DNA from: Epiperipatus broadwayi
Taxonomy: Eukaryota > Animalia > Onychophora
Reading direction: 5' to 3'
Length of the DNA: 64,000 bases
Assembly (NCBI GenBank): GCA_028023455.1
Contig: JAQFVV010000010.1
Coordinates: 9,114,001 to 9,178,000, forward strand
Shown here: positions 40,859 through 53,701 of the stretch, piece after piece
How the letters are laid out: each line of letters opens with the position of its first letter
How positions within the stretch are numbered: the first letter of the stretch is position 1
Notes under the pieces: model-generated
The model's input: the letters and a program-made list of their open reading frames with translations, nothing else
The model's database searches: none
Told to the model about the DNA's origin: nothing
Translations under genes and position numbers: made by a program

Positions 40859-40973
40859 AACTTTGAACATGTATTTATAAGAATTAAATAAATTATATTA
40901 AAAAATATTAAATTCTTATTGTATAATGTATTTTGATTTGTTTGTAAACCTGATACCAATAAAAAAAATTTTT

Positions 40974-41135
40974 TTTTTTTAAGAAATGCTTTTCTTTACA
41001 TAAATACACTAAAAAGTAAAAAATAAATTTTGCTAGTTTTCATAAATAAAAGTGTTTTTTTAAGAAATGCTTTTCTTTACATAAATACACTAAAAAGTAA
41101 AAAATAAATTTTGCTAGTTTTCATAAATAAAAGTG
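40974..41135. repeat. Perfect 81-bp tandem duplication
   Basis: 40974-41054 is identical to 41055-41135. Confidence 0.92.
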
Positions 41136-41476
41136 TGGAGTACAAAAACATTATTATACTAATTCATGAATCAAAATAAGTCCCAAGGAATAATTTAAAT
41201 TTGCAACCACTTTCTTATGTTAATGCTATCTATTTGTTAGATAAATAATAATAAAAAAGTCAATCTATTCATTAGATAAAAAAAGAATATTTTTATCTGA
41301 TAAAGATTGACTTTATTACAAAAAAAATAAAGAGCATTATTAGTAAGTTTGTTTAAATGATTTTTTGGGGACTATTTTGACTTTTATTTGGGAAAGCTTA
41401 TATAAATTTTTAACATTTTAGTGTATTCATGTAAATAAAAACTTTTCCTTTTATATATATATATATATTCTACTTT

Positions 41477-42008
41477 TTAAAACAGGCAAAACTCTCCATA
41501 CAGTATTGCCACTTAGTGCAAGCCAGAGTAATCAATGGAAATGGTGATCATATGATGTTTATTGGTTTAAAACCAATCCTGCCTAATAGGATAGTGGTGG
41601 CTATGGTTATTAAAGAACCAAAGACACCAAAATGTATGGGTACTGAACTGAGTTCAGACCTATATGACTATATAAGCTAATGAGCTTGGATTGAAAATAT
41701 TATTGTGTTTTCAATTTAAGACTTATAGTTTTGTAGTTAAGTAGAGATAAAAGGTGGCTGTTGGAGGGTTGCATTAGATCCTAAGATCTAGGTGCAGTGC
41801 TCTCAGATCCAAGGCTCCTCACTGATGAAGACCACAAGCCTGAAACTAGTCTGGGGATATTGGATGAGTAGGCATTAGATGGAGATTTTATGCACAAGCC
41901 TTCTGGCATCCATTGATTACTCTGGCTTGCACCGAGTGGCACTACTGATGGAGAGTTTTGCCTGTTTTAATAAGTTATAAGCAAGCATAAGAAATAGTGA
42001 TCATGTGA
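41477..42008 (+). mobile_element. Family-A PLE-derived element, copy 4 (short inverted arm, tail fragment, longest body, tail)
   Basis: Inverted arm 41477-41538; tail-like 41539-41570; body 41587-41970 with possible ORF end VAMVIKEPKTPKCMGTELSSDLYDYIS*; tail to ~42008. Confidence 0.85.
41816..41857 (+). ncRNA. Minimal type-I hammerhead motif, catalytic core intact
   Basis: TCCTCA-CTGATGA-AGAC-cacaa-GCCT-GAAA-CTAG-TC-TGGGGA (one mismatch in stem II); predicted cut after C41851. Confidence 0.72.
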
Positions 42009-42779
42009 TTCTACTTTTGAATACTGAATTATCAAAGTCAATTCTAAAGAATCATTTAAAAATCTTGCAATGAACATATTTCCTTGTATCGATGTTATCT
42101 ATTCACCAGATAAAAATGACCTTTTTTAATTGCCTGTTGTTCTCAAATACATCATATTTAGTATAGCTAGATGTAAGTAATATCTAGCTTCTATAGCAGG
42201 AAATCATTTAATTTATGGAATAATGTATGAAATTGTGTGAAGGTGATTCATAATGTAATGACTCATGCTGGCCATCACAACTAGCCATTTCATTCTTCTA
42301 ATTATTCTTATTCATTGTTCACAAGTTCAATTAGTTTAGATTGATATGCTTTATAAAAATATTCAAAGATTCTCTTAGGTGATTAAAATAAATCACTTTA
42401 CAAAAAGTTGGATTTAACTGTGCATGAAGCTTAAAAGTTGTAATATAGTTATTATTGATCTTATTAAAGATAGGATAATTTATCATTTACAAATGCCTAC
42501 ATAAATATACATTAAATATGTCATATTTTTAATTTAATAGTAATTCTAATAATTCATTGTTTATGAAAAATGTCACTTGTATTTCTTTGGTTTTTTTTTA
42601 CACATTCAGATAACTATATTATAACAATTTTATTTCAATCTGCAAATCATTAAATTGAGGTGATTTACTTTTTGTATAAAACATACCAAGTAATTATATC
42701 TTTTAATTTATTGATAATTACACATTTTTCTCAGTTTTTTGAAGGTGCCTGTATTTGAATGCTTCTGTTACATTTGTGA

Positions 42780-42859
42780 GCGTTGGTGGTCGAGAGGTCA
42801 GCACAGCTGCCTTAAAAGCAGTTGTCTCAGGTTAGCGGGTTCGCTTCCCGGCCAATGAT
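42780..42859 (+). pseudogene. tRNA-Gly(TCC)-derived pseudogene with anticodon TAA and a lengthened variable region
   Basis: GCGTTGGTGGT...AGCACAGCTGC-CTTAAAA-GCAGTTG...CGGGTTCGCTTCCCGGCCAATGA resembles metazoan tRNA-Gly-TCC; A9 run at 42870-78; no T-run terminator. Confidence 0.75.
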
Positions 42860-45800
42860 ATGATACATGAAAAAAAAATTGGAAAATGAGAAAAACTGAT
42901 TGCCACATAATTGCTGTACAGTCTGTTGTGTGAACATGAAAAGAGCCTAAAGAACATTCCACAGGCAGTTATTTGTCTAATATCCAAGGTTTTATAAAAA
43001 ATAAATAAAATAGACATTATCATTTATCCAAATGTACTCTCCAAAATAAAACTACTCTGAAAGTCTTTCACCTTTAAAACTGGCAAATAAGAAAATTAAT
43101 GATTAAATTGAAAAGGGTATAGATAATTAAAAAAGTGAGAAATTCTTACCATTTTGAAACAAACCTTTCGTATTAAGCCATTCAGTTCTATATTTTCCAA
43201 AGCAAATATTTAAATTATTAGTTATTAACCTATGTCTCATTAAAAAAAGTCAAATTATTAAATTCTAGATTGCAGGAATGGAATCTTCACCCATTTCAAA
43301 TATTTTCAATAGACATGATTTTTTTTTCAAATGAGAATGTATTAACTTTTTGCTGACTATCATGTCCAATACAAAGGACTTTAGATCTATTCACAGGTGC
43401 ATTAAAAACCAGTTTAATAACTGTTAATCTTCATTATGAGAATGTATTCTTTCTGTTTTGTTGCCTATGCTAGTTTGAAAAAGGAGTCTCATGAGATTCT
43501 GGAAAATATGCTAGTCATTCAATCAGATTCAATGATCATAAATGGAAATGAGGTTTCTAAATAATTGTAATGATATTTGAGACAATAAAGTTACATTAAA
43601 TATTTTTGATTCCTTTGTGAATACAATAGTTGTGACAAAAGTTTCTATTGGTTAACAAAAATGGCCTGTATGAAATTATAAAATCAGAGAAAAAAAAAGT
43701 ACAATAATGTTAATTTGTGTTCATGTGCTTCTTACCCCTTTTCACATAAAAGTTTAATCAATGTTTAAAACTATGGATAAAAATGGAAAATAATTTGCTC
43801 ATCTTTCAAATAAATTTGTCTTTCTGCAAAATGGATATGTTGAAGAATGTCTTTTTCTAAAGTATGCATCAAAATTTCTGATTTTATGCTCTCTAATTTG
43901 AAGTTCCACAAATACTTCATCCTTAAGAATTAAACTTCAGCTTATAATAGATACCTCTGTGAAGTAAATTATTGCAGATGAGAGTATTATAGGTAGAATA
44001 TAAGTGATAGTATCTTAAAGGTGTTCCTCTTTATGCTAAATTTTACACAACCAGGTAGTTTGATTCATCTGTAGGTCAATAAGATGCCAACTAAGATTTG
44101 TGAAGTATTAGAGGCCTCAAACCTGCAATAAAGTATAAATTAATGATGATAATTTGTAAATGGTATTTTAAACTATGAATACATAATGTTGCACAATTTA
44201 CATTTCATCACATTTTCATGTAAAAAAACAATAACATGAATTGAATTTAAATATTAAAAATACTTTTAAGATATTCCAACCAAATGATTTACAAATAGGG
44301 TTTTTTTTTCTAATTTTAATATCCACATTTTTTCCAGTGGAGTTTGTGACTAAACCTAATTTTTAAATAATTCCATACAAAAATTTCAGAGAATCCAGAA
44401 TAGGAAATTGTGGACATTCAAAAATTCTTCCTTAGCAAACTGTCTAATGATTACATTTATAGATATTTTACTTCTGGATGTGGGAAGATACCATCATAAA
44501 TTTAAAATGTGTTAAAAAATTATTTAGATAGAAATTATAAAGCATGCTATGTATACTGTATATGCATTACTGAGGGAATTCACAGTTGTCAGATGATAAA
44601 ATGATCTTTGAATATGTGGAATAACCAGAGAATTATAAGTGATGCCTGTCTACAAATGTTTTTGATGCTTTATAGAATGTGGGTTGTTAGACTTTTCTAT
44701 ATTCTTTCTGCATTAACTCTGATAATGGGAATGCATAACATTTCTATTCTTTAATTACAAGGGTAGCAGTTATGACTCCAATCTTGTTTTAACAAGCGCA
44801 TTAAAATATGTAATCATTTATTTTGAGAAAACAGTGAAGATAATAAGCTTAATAGTTTGGAAGTTTTAACTGTGATCTTGTACAAGTCAGTACAATCTGT
44901 AGAAAGTTATTTTGAATAGAAGCTCCTGAAAAAGGTTTGCTTGGACATTTTTTTTCAAGGATTTTAAAAAATGTGGAAGAAGGTAAAAAAGATCTAAAAG
45001 TGACCTGAATTTGCTAGTATTTCATTTTTTCTCCTAAATATAGCAACAAAAAATATGCAACCCGTTTGGTCTGAACTATTCAAGACCTGAATATAGGACA
45101 ATATTTATAGCTAAAGTGTTGTCAATATTTATGATAGACAAAACAAATTAATTTTTTTTTTTTAAAATTTCACTGAATTAAACAATATTGCATAGTATTG
45201 CATTTGCTACAAGGTCTAATTAATTTTCTATTCTAGAATTACTAAATGTATTAATGGAGGATTAATGATATGACAAATTGGTTTGCATAATATCTAATTA
45301 TGCTTATGCTTGAATATTAGATTCAGAAAGATTGTACTCCTTGTTGGATATTATTGCATCAATAAAAATAAGATCAAATTTTTTAAAAAAGATTTTAATG
45401 TATGTTTTAATAGCGTACTGATTCTGAGAACTTAAAAAGGCTATTATTAATTTTTGTACACACGAGTCTATTATCTATAGTATTTGGAATAATAATAATA
45501 ATAGTGTACTCCAGAAGTAAAAATAAAAAGGCAGAATTTAAAAATACAAGTAAATAAAGGCGTTCTAACTCCAATACTGCTTGACTGCTCTCTATGTTAC
45601 ACTGCTAGATGTTACCCAGTCTTCTTATTGTTCTTTGACAACTGCAATGATCAATCAATGCACTGACCAATAAGGTAACGTCTCTTATCTAGAAACATTT
45701 GTAATTAGCAAATATTTCTAGAAATTGTCAATCGTCATTACATCAATGCACTAATTAAATTCCTCAGCTATCAGAGCGCGATCTAAAATCAGCCTTACGA

Positions 45801-47036
45801 ATAAATTCTAGTTTTTTCTGGAGTGCACAAACATGTCTGCCATTTTACAAAACACTACATTATCATAAACATTTTGTGCTATTCAGAGACATTTCTAAAA
45901 GAAACTTGGATATTTCCATATCTAAAACTGATATTTTATGAATTATATTAATGCTAGAAGTCAAAATATGAAAAAGTCAATATAGTGTGTTTATTCCAAG
46001 GATTAAAATTATAACATTAAAAAAAAATAAAAACTACTTATCCCAAATATATGAGAAGAAAATTTAGAGTTCATTTTTCTAAAATTACTATATTATTTTT
46101 TAAGATATATTAATATCTATAATAAACAATGAAAGTACTCTTACTTTGATGTTACTACAGTGGATAGTGGTTTAATTATAATTAATAACAATACATTTTG
46201 CTTTAAACTTGAGAAAGATGTTAACTCACAAGATTGCAACTTGTATAAAGTGTTTAACATTACAAGATTTGTTTAAATACAATGTAAATCATAAATGAGT
46301 AAAGTTACAATATTCAAATTTTGAAAACAAAATGTATTGTTAGTTAAAAAGAAGTTACTACCAGTATATTAACATAGAGAACAGATGTTTGGATACCAGT
46401 TTAGTGTTTTGACTTTGGTGAAATCTTTCTCTAGATGAGTTTAGAGTATTTATTAGGGTATCAATTGATAATACTCAGAATATATTTAAAATTTATATTA
46501 TAGAGAGCAGAAAATATATTTCCATCATATACATATACACAAATATGGAAAGGCAATAAAAGGAACCAAGAATCTGATTAATTACAAACATTAATTTAAA
46601 ATTGTTTTCCAATTATACATTATATACATTTTTTGAAATATATTCTATATAGTAAGTCACCTTCATGTGGACATTGAGTATTGTGGATAATATAGCAGAT
46701 TCCTAAATATATTTTTAATATGTACATATATCAATATTAAAATATGTATATATACCAAAATTATAGATCTCAAGAGTAATCTATAACAGGTGTGGTTTTC
46801 TGTAAACACCAAAAAGGAATGTGGTCATAATTTTTATTTGTAAATAACAGAAAACAAAAGAAGACATTGCTTATTTCAAATGCTAAAACATGTTATTAAT
46901 CAAAAAACTGAATACTATGGAAACTGAGCTCATATTGGAATCTTTGCATAAGATGCAACACATCATTTGAAGCAATAATTAAGATGTAAGGGAAATGGAA
47001 ATATGCTAGGTTGTTAGTTATAAGCACATATATATA

Positions 47037-47900
47037 TAATTATAATAAAAATAATAATTTTAATGGTAACAAACTATTATTAGCAATCCTTAAATCTGCG
47101 GAAGTACTTTCGGTTAATTTCTTAAACCTTCAACTGCCATTAAATTAAAAAAACAAAAACAAAGTGGAAGCAAACGTCATCAATTCAAATTCCACGAATC
47201 TCGTATTTTAATGTTAGCAGCTTGTCTATTTATTAAATGCATTTTATTACTATTTATAAAAATTGCCTCCTTAATTTTTCTTTTATTATGGTTTCTCTCT
47301 TCATGAAGAATTTTCAAAATCAAAGAAAATTGAAGGAGACATTAAATCACCATTATTTTTACTTTTTTACATGCTTATATAGCAATTCATGCTCCCTCAA
47401 TCTCTTCTCAATACTGCACCTAGATTCACGTATATATGATAGCATACAATCATAAAAAATTTGATATATGACATTACTTTTCTGCTTGACAGGTATGACA
47501 ACTTTAGAAATATTGACGAATTTATTAATATTGTTTGGAACATAGAATGAAACATTAAACACATTCTTATATATATCCTTAAAAAATTTCACTTGTGGAT
47601 TTGAAATAAATGCAATAGATATCCATTGTTTACTATTAATCTTCATTTCCATTAAATCATTATAACTTTTTTTAAATTGACATAAAGTATTGCTTATTTG
47701 TTCCATTTTATAACCATCAAGCAATCCCTTGGCAAATATCTCAATATTTTTCAGTTTATCATTTTGATAACGACATAATTTTTCATTCCGAAACAAAAAA
47801 GATCTAAAACTTGCCATCTTATGCATCATTGGTACTTTTGATTTACAATTTATATATCCCCTTTTTTGTAGTGGCTTAATTATTAATTAATTTATAATTT
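47037..47900 (-). mobile_element. PLE 3' fragment (linker + GIY-YIG + pLTR), left arm of a large inverted duplication
   Basis: ORF 47359-47829 KSNVIYQIFYDCMLSYIRESRCSIEKRLREH; hammerhead remnant 47098-47137 (GCAG-TTGAAG-GGTT..AACC-GAAA-GTAC-TT-CCGC). Confidence 0.9.
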
Positions 47901-47944
47901 AATATACTGTTATCTCTAACAATATATTAAATTATAAATTAATA

Positions 47945-49135
47945 GTATATATTAAATTATAAATTAATAATTGCCACTACAAAAAAGGGGATATATATAA
48001 ATTGTAAATCAAAAGTACCAATAATGCATAAGATGGCAAGTTTTAGATCTTTTTTGTTTCGGAATGAAAAATTGTCGTTACCAAAGTGATAAAATGAAAA
48101 ATATTGAGATATTTGCCCAGGAATTGCTTGATGTTGGTTATAAAATGGAACAAATAAGCAATACTTTATGTCAATTTAAAAAAAGTTATAATGATTTAAA
48201 GAAAATGGAGATTAATAGTAAACAATGGATATCTATTCCATTTATTTCAAATCCACAAGTGAAATTTTTTAAGGATATATATAAGAATGTGTTTAATGTT
48301 TCATTCTACGTTCCAAACAATATTAATAAATTAGTCAATAATTCTAAAGATGTCATACCTGTCAAGCAGAAAAGTAATGTCCCCATATATCAAATTTTTT
48401 GTGATTGTATGCTATCATATATAGGTGAATCTAGGTGCAGTATTGAGGGAGCATGAATTGTTATATAAGCATGTAAAAAGTAAAAATAATGGTGATTTAA
48501 TGTCTCCTTCAGTTTTCTTTGATCATGAAAAAACGTAAATATAAATTTAAATTTGATTTTGAAAATGTGAAAATTCTTCATGAAGAGAGAAACCATAATA
48601 AAAGAAAAATTAAGGAGGCAATTTTTATAAATAGGAATAAAATGCATTTAATAAATAGACAAGCTGCTAACATTAAAATACGAGATTCGTGGAATTTGAA
48701 TTGATGACGTTTGCTTCTGCTTTGTTTTTTTAATTTAATGGCAGTTGAGGCAGGTTTAACAAATTAACCGAAAGTAAATGTTGAATGTATAGAAAATTTT
48801 AAACTTTATTTAAACTTTCCAAATACAAACAACTTGTTAGTAATAACACACGAATAGACAATACAGATTAGTAATTACACAACGTTTCGAGTAGTATTAT
48901 TCTCCACTCTTAAATGTTGTGTAATTACTAACATGTATTGTTTATTTGTGTGTTATTACTAACAAGTTGTTTGTATTTGGAAAGTTTAAAATTTTCTATA
49001 CATTCAACATTCACTCATAAATGATGGAAATAGTCCAACATATCACATCTTATAATAACCGAAAGTACTTCTGTGGATTTAAGGATTGTTTATAATAGTT
49101 TGTTACTGTTAAAATTATTATTTTTATTATAATTA
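47945..49135 (+). mobile_element. PLE 3' fragment, right arm of the inverted duplication, pLTR interrupted by a nested insertion
   Basis: ORFs 48064-48456 and 48519-48704 (YQIFCDCMLSYIGESR; FKFDFENVKILHEERNHNKRKIKEAIFINR..LINRQ); reverse complement of the left arm. Confidence 0.9.
48777..49055. mobile_element. Nested 279-bp insertion: palindrome (~48777-49010) plus ~45-nt tail, flanked by a 12-bp direct repeat
   Basis: taaccgaaagta at 48765-48776 and 49056-49067; ~100-bp inverted arms around a central hairpin. Confidence 0.8.
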
Positions 49136-50292
49136 CAGCTTTATTTTGATTAACGGACATTTTATTTATATTATATATATATATTGTAATAGTATGAATG
49201 TGATAAGTATATATATAAGGTGCCCAAAGAATAGAAACTATTGAATACAAAGTTGAATTTAGACTTCTCAGATAAATGATTTTAGTAAAATTTATGCTAA
49301 TTTGATCCCCCAAAAAATCATACGATCTATACCACTACAAGTTTGAAAGATACATAAAATCATAGGAATGCTAGTTCTAATGTATATGGAATAAGATTTT
49401 ATAAAATAATATCTTAAATCTTTATTTGATCTAAATAAATATAAAAGATTACCAGAATTATACTCTTACAGATCATTTATTCATATACCTTGTTAAACTA
49501 AAGTAAATAAAATTCATTACTTTAAGTTAATAGTAATTTATTTATAAAGTTATAATACTTCATAAATATTCTTGATAAAATATAAGTTAATAAAAATAAT
49601 GTATGATGTCCATTTAATGTATAAAACCACTTATGTTAGACAAGTTTAAAACCAATGGAAAATCTGTGATCACTCTATTTAGTAAAGATATAATCTTATG
49701 ACTTATTCAGATTTGAGATGACATGAAATCTAAGTAAGTTAAGTAGAATATAAATGTTTTTATTTAATGATAATTCAATCAATTATCAAGTTTTTTCCCC
49801 TTCAATTTATAAGCATATCTAAAACATCTATTCATAACTATAACATATACATATATTAACCATTAATTACAATTATCCCAAATCCAAACTCAACCAGACT
49901 AGCCAAGAAAAATGAAATCAGAAACACAATCAATGGTTTCCCTGCTGACTTCTCAAGTGTAAAGAACTACAAAACAACACCATATTTATATTAAACATTA
50001 CTCACAAATCCATTTACTTCCCATCCACCCTTAATATTAAAATAACTTTTAAATAAGTTATCTTTGATTGGAATTGTAGGTAAATAAGTAATAAAATACA
50101 GTGTCTATTTATAAATACATAAGCATTTTAAAGGATCCTGTGCATATTAATTTATACTGGGTTCATGAGATTTAAAAAAATCCAAACTGTTTACAATTTC
50201 CCCTTAACAAATCCTTAGGTGATTTGGTTGTTAGCAATCTTATTTAATCCATATTAGAGGCAATATTGTATAACATGTTTTTAGCAATAAAT

Positions 50293-50383
50293 ATAGATAT
50301 ATGAACCAACTAAACTACTTGTGTTTATTTGAAAGTAGATATAGACATATGAACCAACTAAACTACTTGTGTTTCTTTGAAAG
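50293..50383. repeat. 48-bp tandem duplication
   Basis: atagayatatgaaccaactaaactacttgtgttt.tttgaaag x2. Confidence 0.85.
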
Positions 50384-53300
50384 GTTCATTTAAATCCATT
50401 ATTATATGTATATTCTAAAAAATAATCGTAAAATATATTCCACAACACAATATAAACCTCAGACATTAGGATTTGAACAAATATTAAATAAATTCATTAA
50501 AATTCTGGTAATATTTACATATAATTCCATTGCACATATCCTCTAAGCCTGGTGATAAATATTTGGGAGTTAATCTTTGATATTTTAATTTCTTTCCCAG
50601 CATGAAGGATATTCAATTTTTATTGCTATTGTTTTTTTTTTGTTTCCAAGGTGGCTTTGTCGTTACATAAATGGAGCTTTATGTTCTACTTTAACAAACT
50701 GTATACATATATAAGATTGCTATTTAAATTCAGCTGCATAAATTTGGAATCTCACTGAAGATAGTCAATAAATCCTTTTAAAGCACTATGAAATGCATTC
50801 CAGCTGTTGTCAAGTCGATTTGAATTAAAAAAACCTGCTATTCGAAGTAGACCTAAACTACCTCCTTAATTATCCGTTTTCAGGTTTTTTCTTGTACATT
50901 TTTTGAATCAATGCAACTTTTACCATTCCTTATAATACAAAAGTTTTTACCGTTGTGAAATTCTTTGAGCTGGATGTTTATATCTAAAAGACTATATCTT
51001 TTATAGAATGATCTATTTTTCTTTGTTGTTAAATGATATCCAAAGTTTACTGTCAAGTTTGGTTTGCTAGTGGATTAAAGTTATAAAATTTACTGAGTAA
51101 TCTTTACTACAATATTCATTTAAATAATTATTTATAAGTACGCATATATACATAATCACAATTATACACACTTTAAATTTATACACATATTTATACTAAA
51201 GCATTCGGTGTGTATGCACACACAGAGTTTCATGATGTTTAAATATAATATAAACATAGGTGATAGATCTAATAGATAATTCTTTACTCTCAATAGCAAA
51301 ATAAGATATATATGCAGGTGTGTGTATAATTGAATGATGGTCCATCTATATATATATTGTTAATACTAAAGTACATTTTAGTTATATATTTGGAAAAGAA
51401 AATGTATTTTTTTTTGTTTTGTATGTTTTTCTAAAAAAAAAGAAATGGAAAAATTAAGTTGACTCATTTTTTTTTTTTGCAATTAACAGATCTTACTAAT
51501 TGATGGCCAAACATTCAGCTAAAGACAGTAATTTCTGTAAGTCTTTTACAAAACATTTGGAAAAATACAGTTTCATTGGGACACGAATTCTTTCTTGTCT
51601 CTGGGGGCAATTAAGTTTCTTACCTGATCTTGATAAGGTTTTGCAGATTGGTGCACATTAGGAACTAGTCAACCGGTATATTTTCTTTTCCAGCAAAAGT
51701 GAGTCTGGGGAATTAATTAAAATATTCTTTTAAAATAATAAGAGTCAAGAAAAAAACTTTAGACATGATAGCTGGAGGGATAGTAAATATGATTTTTGGC
51801 TTTGCTGAGTAAGATTTTTTTTAGATTTGAGAGGCTTATAAATACTGGATTATATTTCTCTTTTGACTCAGACTCTCTCTAATGTACCATTGAATGTAAA
51901 CAGATGTCACGTATCACCATGACTTTTGAGTAGAACAAGTTTAGCATTCCTTTTGGAGATTTCCAGAGAAAGGGAGTGCATCTTTGATGTGGAGAAACCT
52001 ATCGATTCCATGATGCTACTGCAACGAAGTGGAGAATGTACTAGCTTCAAATCCAGTCCTTTCATGTGTGCAGTAAACAAAGAGCCTGCCCAGAAATAAG
52101 TTTTAACTTGTAAGAAGACAGTTGTACCATGCTGCCTCACCAAAATAATCATCAAACAGCATCCAAATGCAAGTATGAACTTTTAATCTTTAAAGATATT
52201 TAAAATGCCTTCTATAAAAACTCTATAAATTTAAATTCCTCAGATTCATAACTATTCGGTAAAAAGACTTGATCCCAAAGGAAGATGTAATTTAAGAAAG
52301 ACATTAATATATATATATGTAGTAACTCTTTTATAACAAATCAGTCTATGTCAGAACTTAATTTCTAATTGTTAATGGAACAAAATTCTATAAACTTTAT
52401 AAATATAATTTTTTATTATTTATTTTGAAATATGCCACATATTTTTTTCTTTAGTTATAAAAATATATACTTCATTGATTAACTTTATCTATGCCAACTC
52501 GCAAGTATTGGACAAATGATATTTTACTATTAAATCAATTAATGCATACATTTGTTTTGTCTCCAAATCTTTAGGGGGGGGGGGGCAATAATTATTTGAT
52601 AACTTTAAAGCAACAAACGCAAGCTTGAATTTCTTAAATCATTTGTCCAAATCCTTGTCAGTTAAATGTTGTCATTTGTTTGTTTAAAAAAAAAAAAGAA
52701 AAAAATCAAATATCTGAATTAAAACTTACAATCTACTTGTATATACGTAATTAAACCAATACCTCGTTAACAAAATTAAGAATAAATGAGTGCTAAAATC
52801 ATTGTTTAAGCCAACATCTATTTAGTTTATATTCGGGTAAAATTCTTTATGACAATTAAATGAAATTATGTGTGTTTATTTATGTGTTAAGAAATAATCA
52901 TGATTTTTTTTCTTAAATGTAAAACGGGCAATATTATTTATTATGAAAGTATGTGTTCATCTCGCTATATCTATTTAATGATGCATACATCTAGGGGAAA
53001 AGTACTCTGTGCTCAGCAAGCGTACCTTATTGCCTCCTTAGCGATTTACTAATCTATCCATATATGAGTTAGGGCCTTTTGGCCAATATATCAGTATTAC
53101 TTGGTAGAATAATCTGTGCCTACATACTTCCAATAAATGAATTGATGTCGAGTAATACTATGCGAGTTGCCAGACGAATATTTTACCGGTACTGGAGATA
53201 GCCATGTTTTTGAGCCAATAAATGGGTTTTTATGACGAGTGATTCATAACCCACGCTACAGTTTCCTACACATACCACACTGCTGGTGGATGTGTCTACA

Positions 53301-53701
53301 AAGGAACATATATATATTTCTTATTACTCGATAATGGAGATTGGCTTATCTAGCCAATGTCTATAATAATGTAGTCAGTACAGAATTCAAACCCAGATAC
53401 CACTGTCTTCTGTAATTAAGTGCTTGTTAGTAGTGTTGTGTAGGATAGATAAACCATATCTACAATGTAATTGCTAATAATAAAGGTAGCTAGAATTATG
53501 CTTTGTTCCATAACTCATGCTGGGATTAATAAAATAAATATAATAAAAAATATTTAACTTCCCCTATATATGTAAACACACACATCAATTTGTTATATAT
53601 TTCTGGCCTCTAACTTAATAATAACCAGGTATTGAACCAACTCTTGACAATTGGCATATTAATTTTATAGTGGCATATCTCTTGATCAAATTGGCACATA
53701 A

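Noticed and set aside
41587-41670. tRNA-SINE head reading of the family-A 5' part (A/B-box-like words)
   Set aside because: No cloverleaf; the hammerhead, inversion and tail fit a PLE 3' end better. The ORF-tail interpretation is itself tentative.
43148-43240. Minus-strand exon candidate (LITNNLNICFGKYRTEWLNTKGLFQN, gtaag donor)
   Set aside because: No partner exons; neighbouring frames (LVFN..SKVLCIG) resemble a decayed LINE RT C-terminus.
48870-48925. Hammerhead call for the centre of the nested palindrome
   Set aside because: A stem II-like hairpin and GAAAC are present, but the CUGANGA box cannot be aligned; left as a hint only.
51622-51705. Minus-strand segment with good acceptor and gtaag donor
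   Set aside because: Stops in all three frames; at most non-coding, and unsupported.
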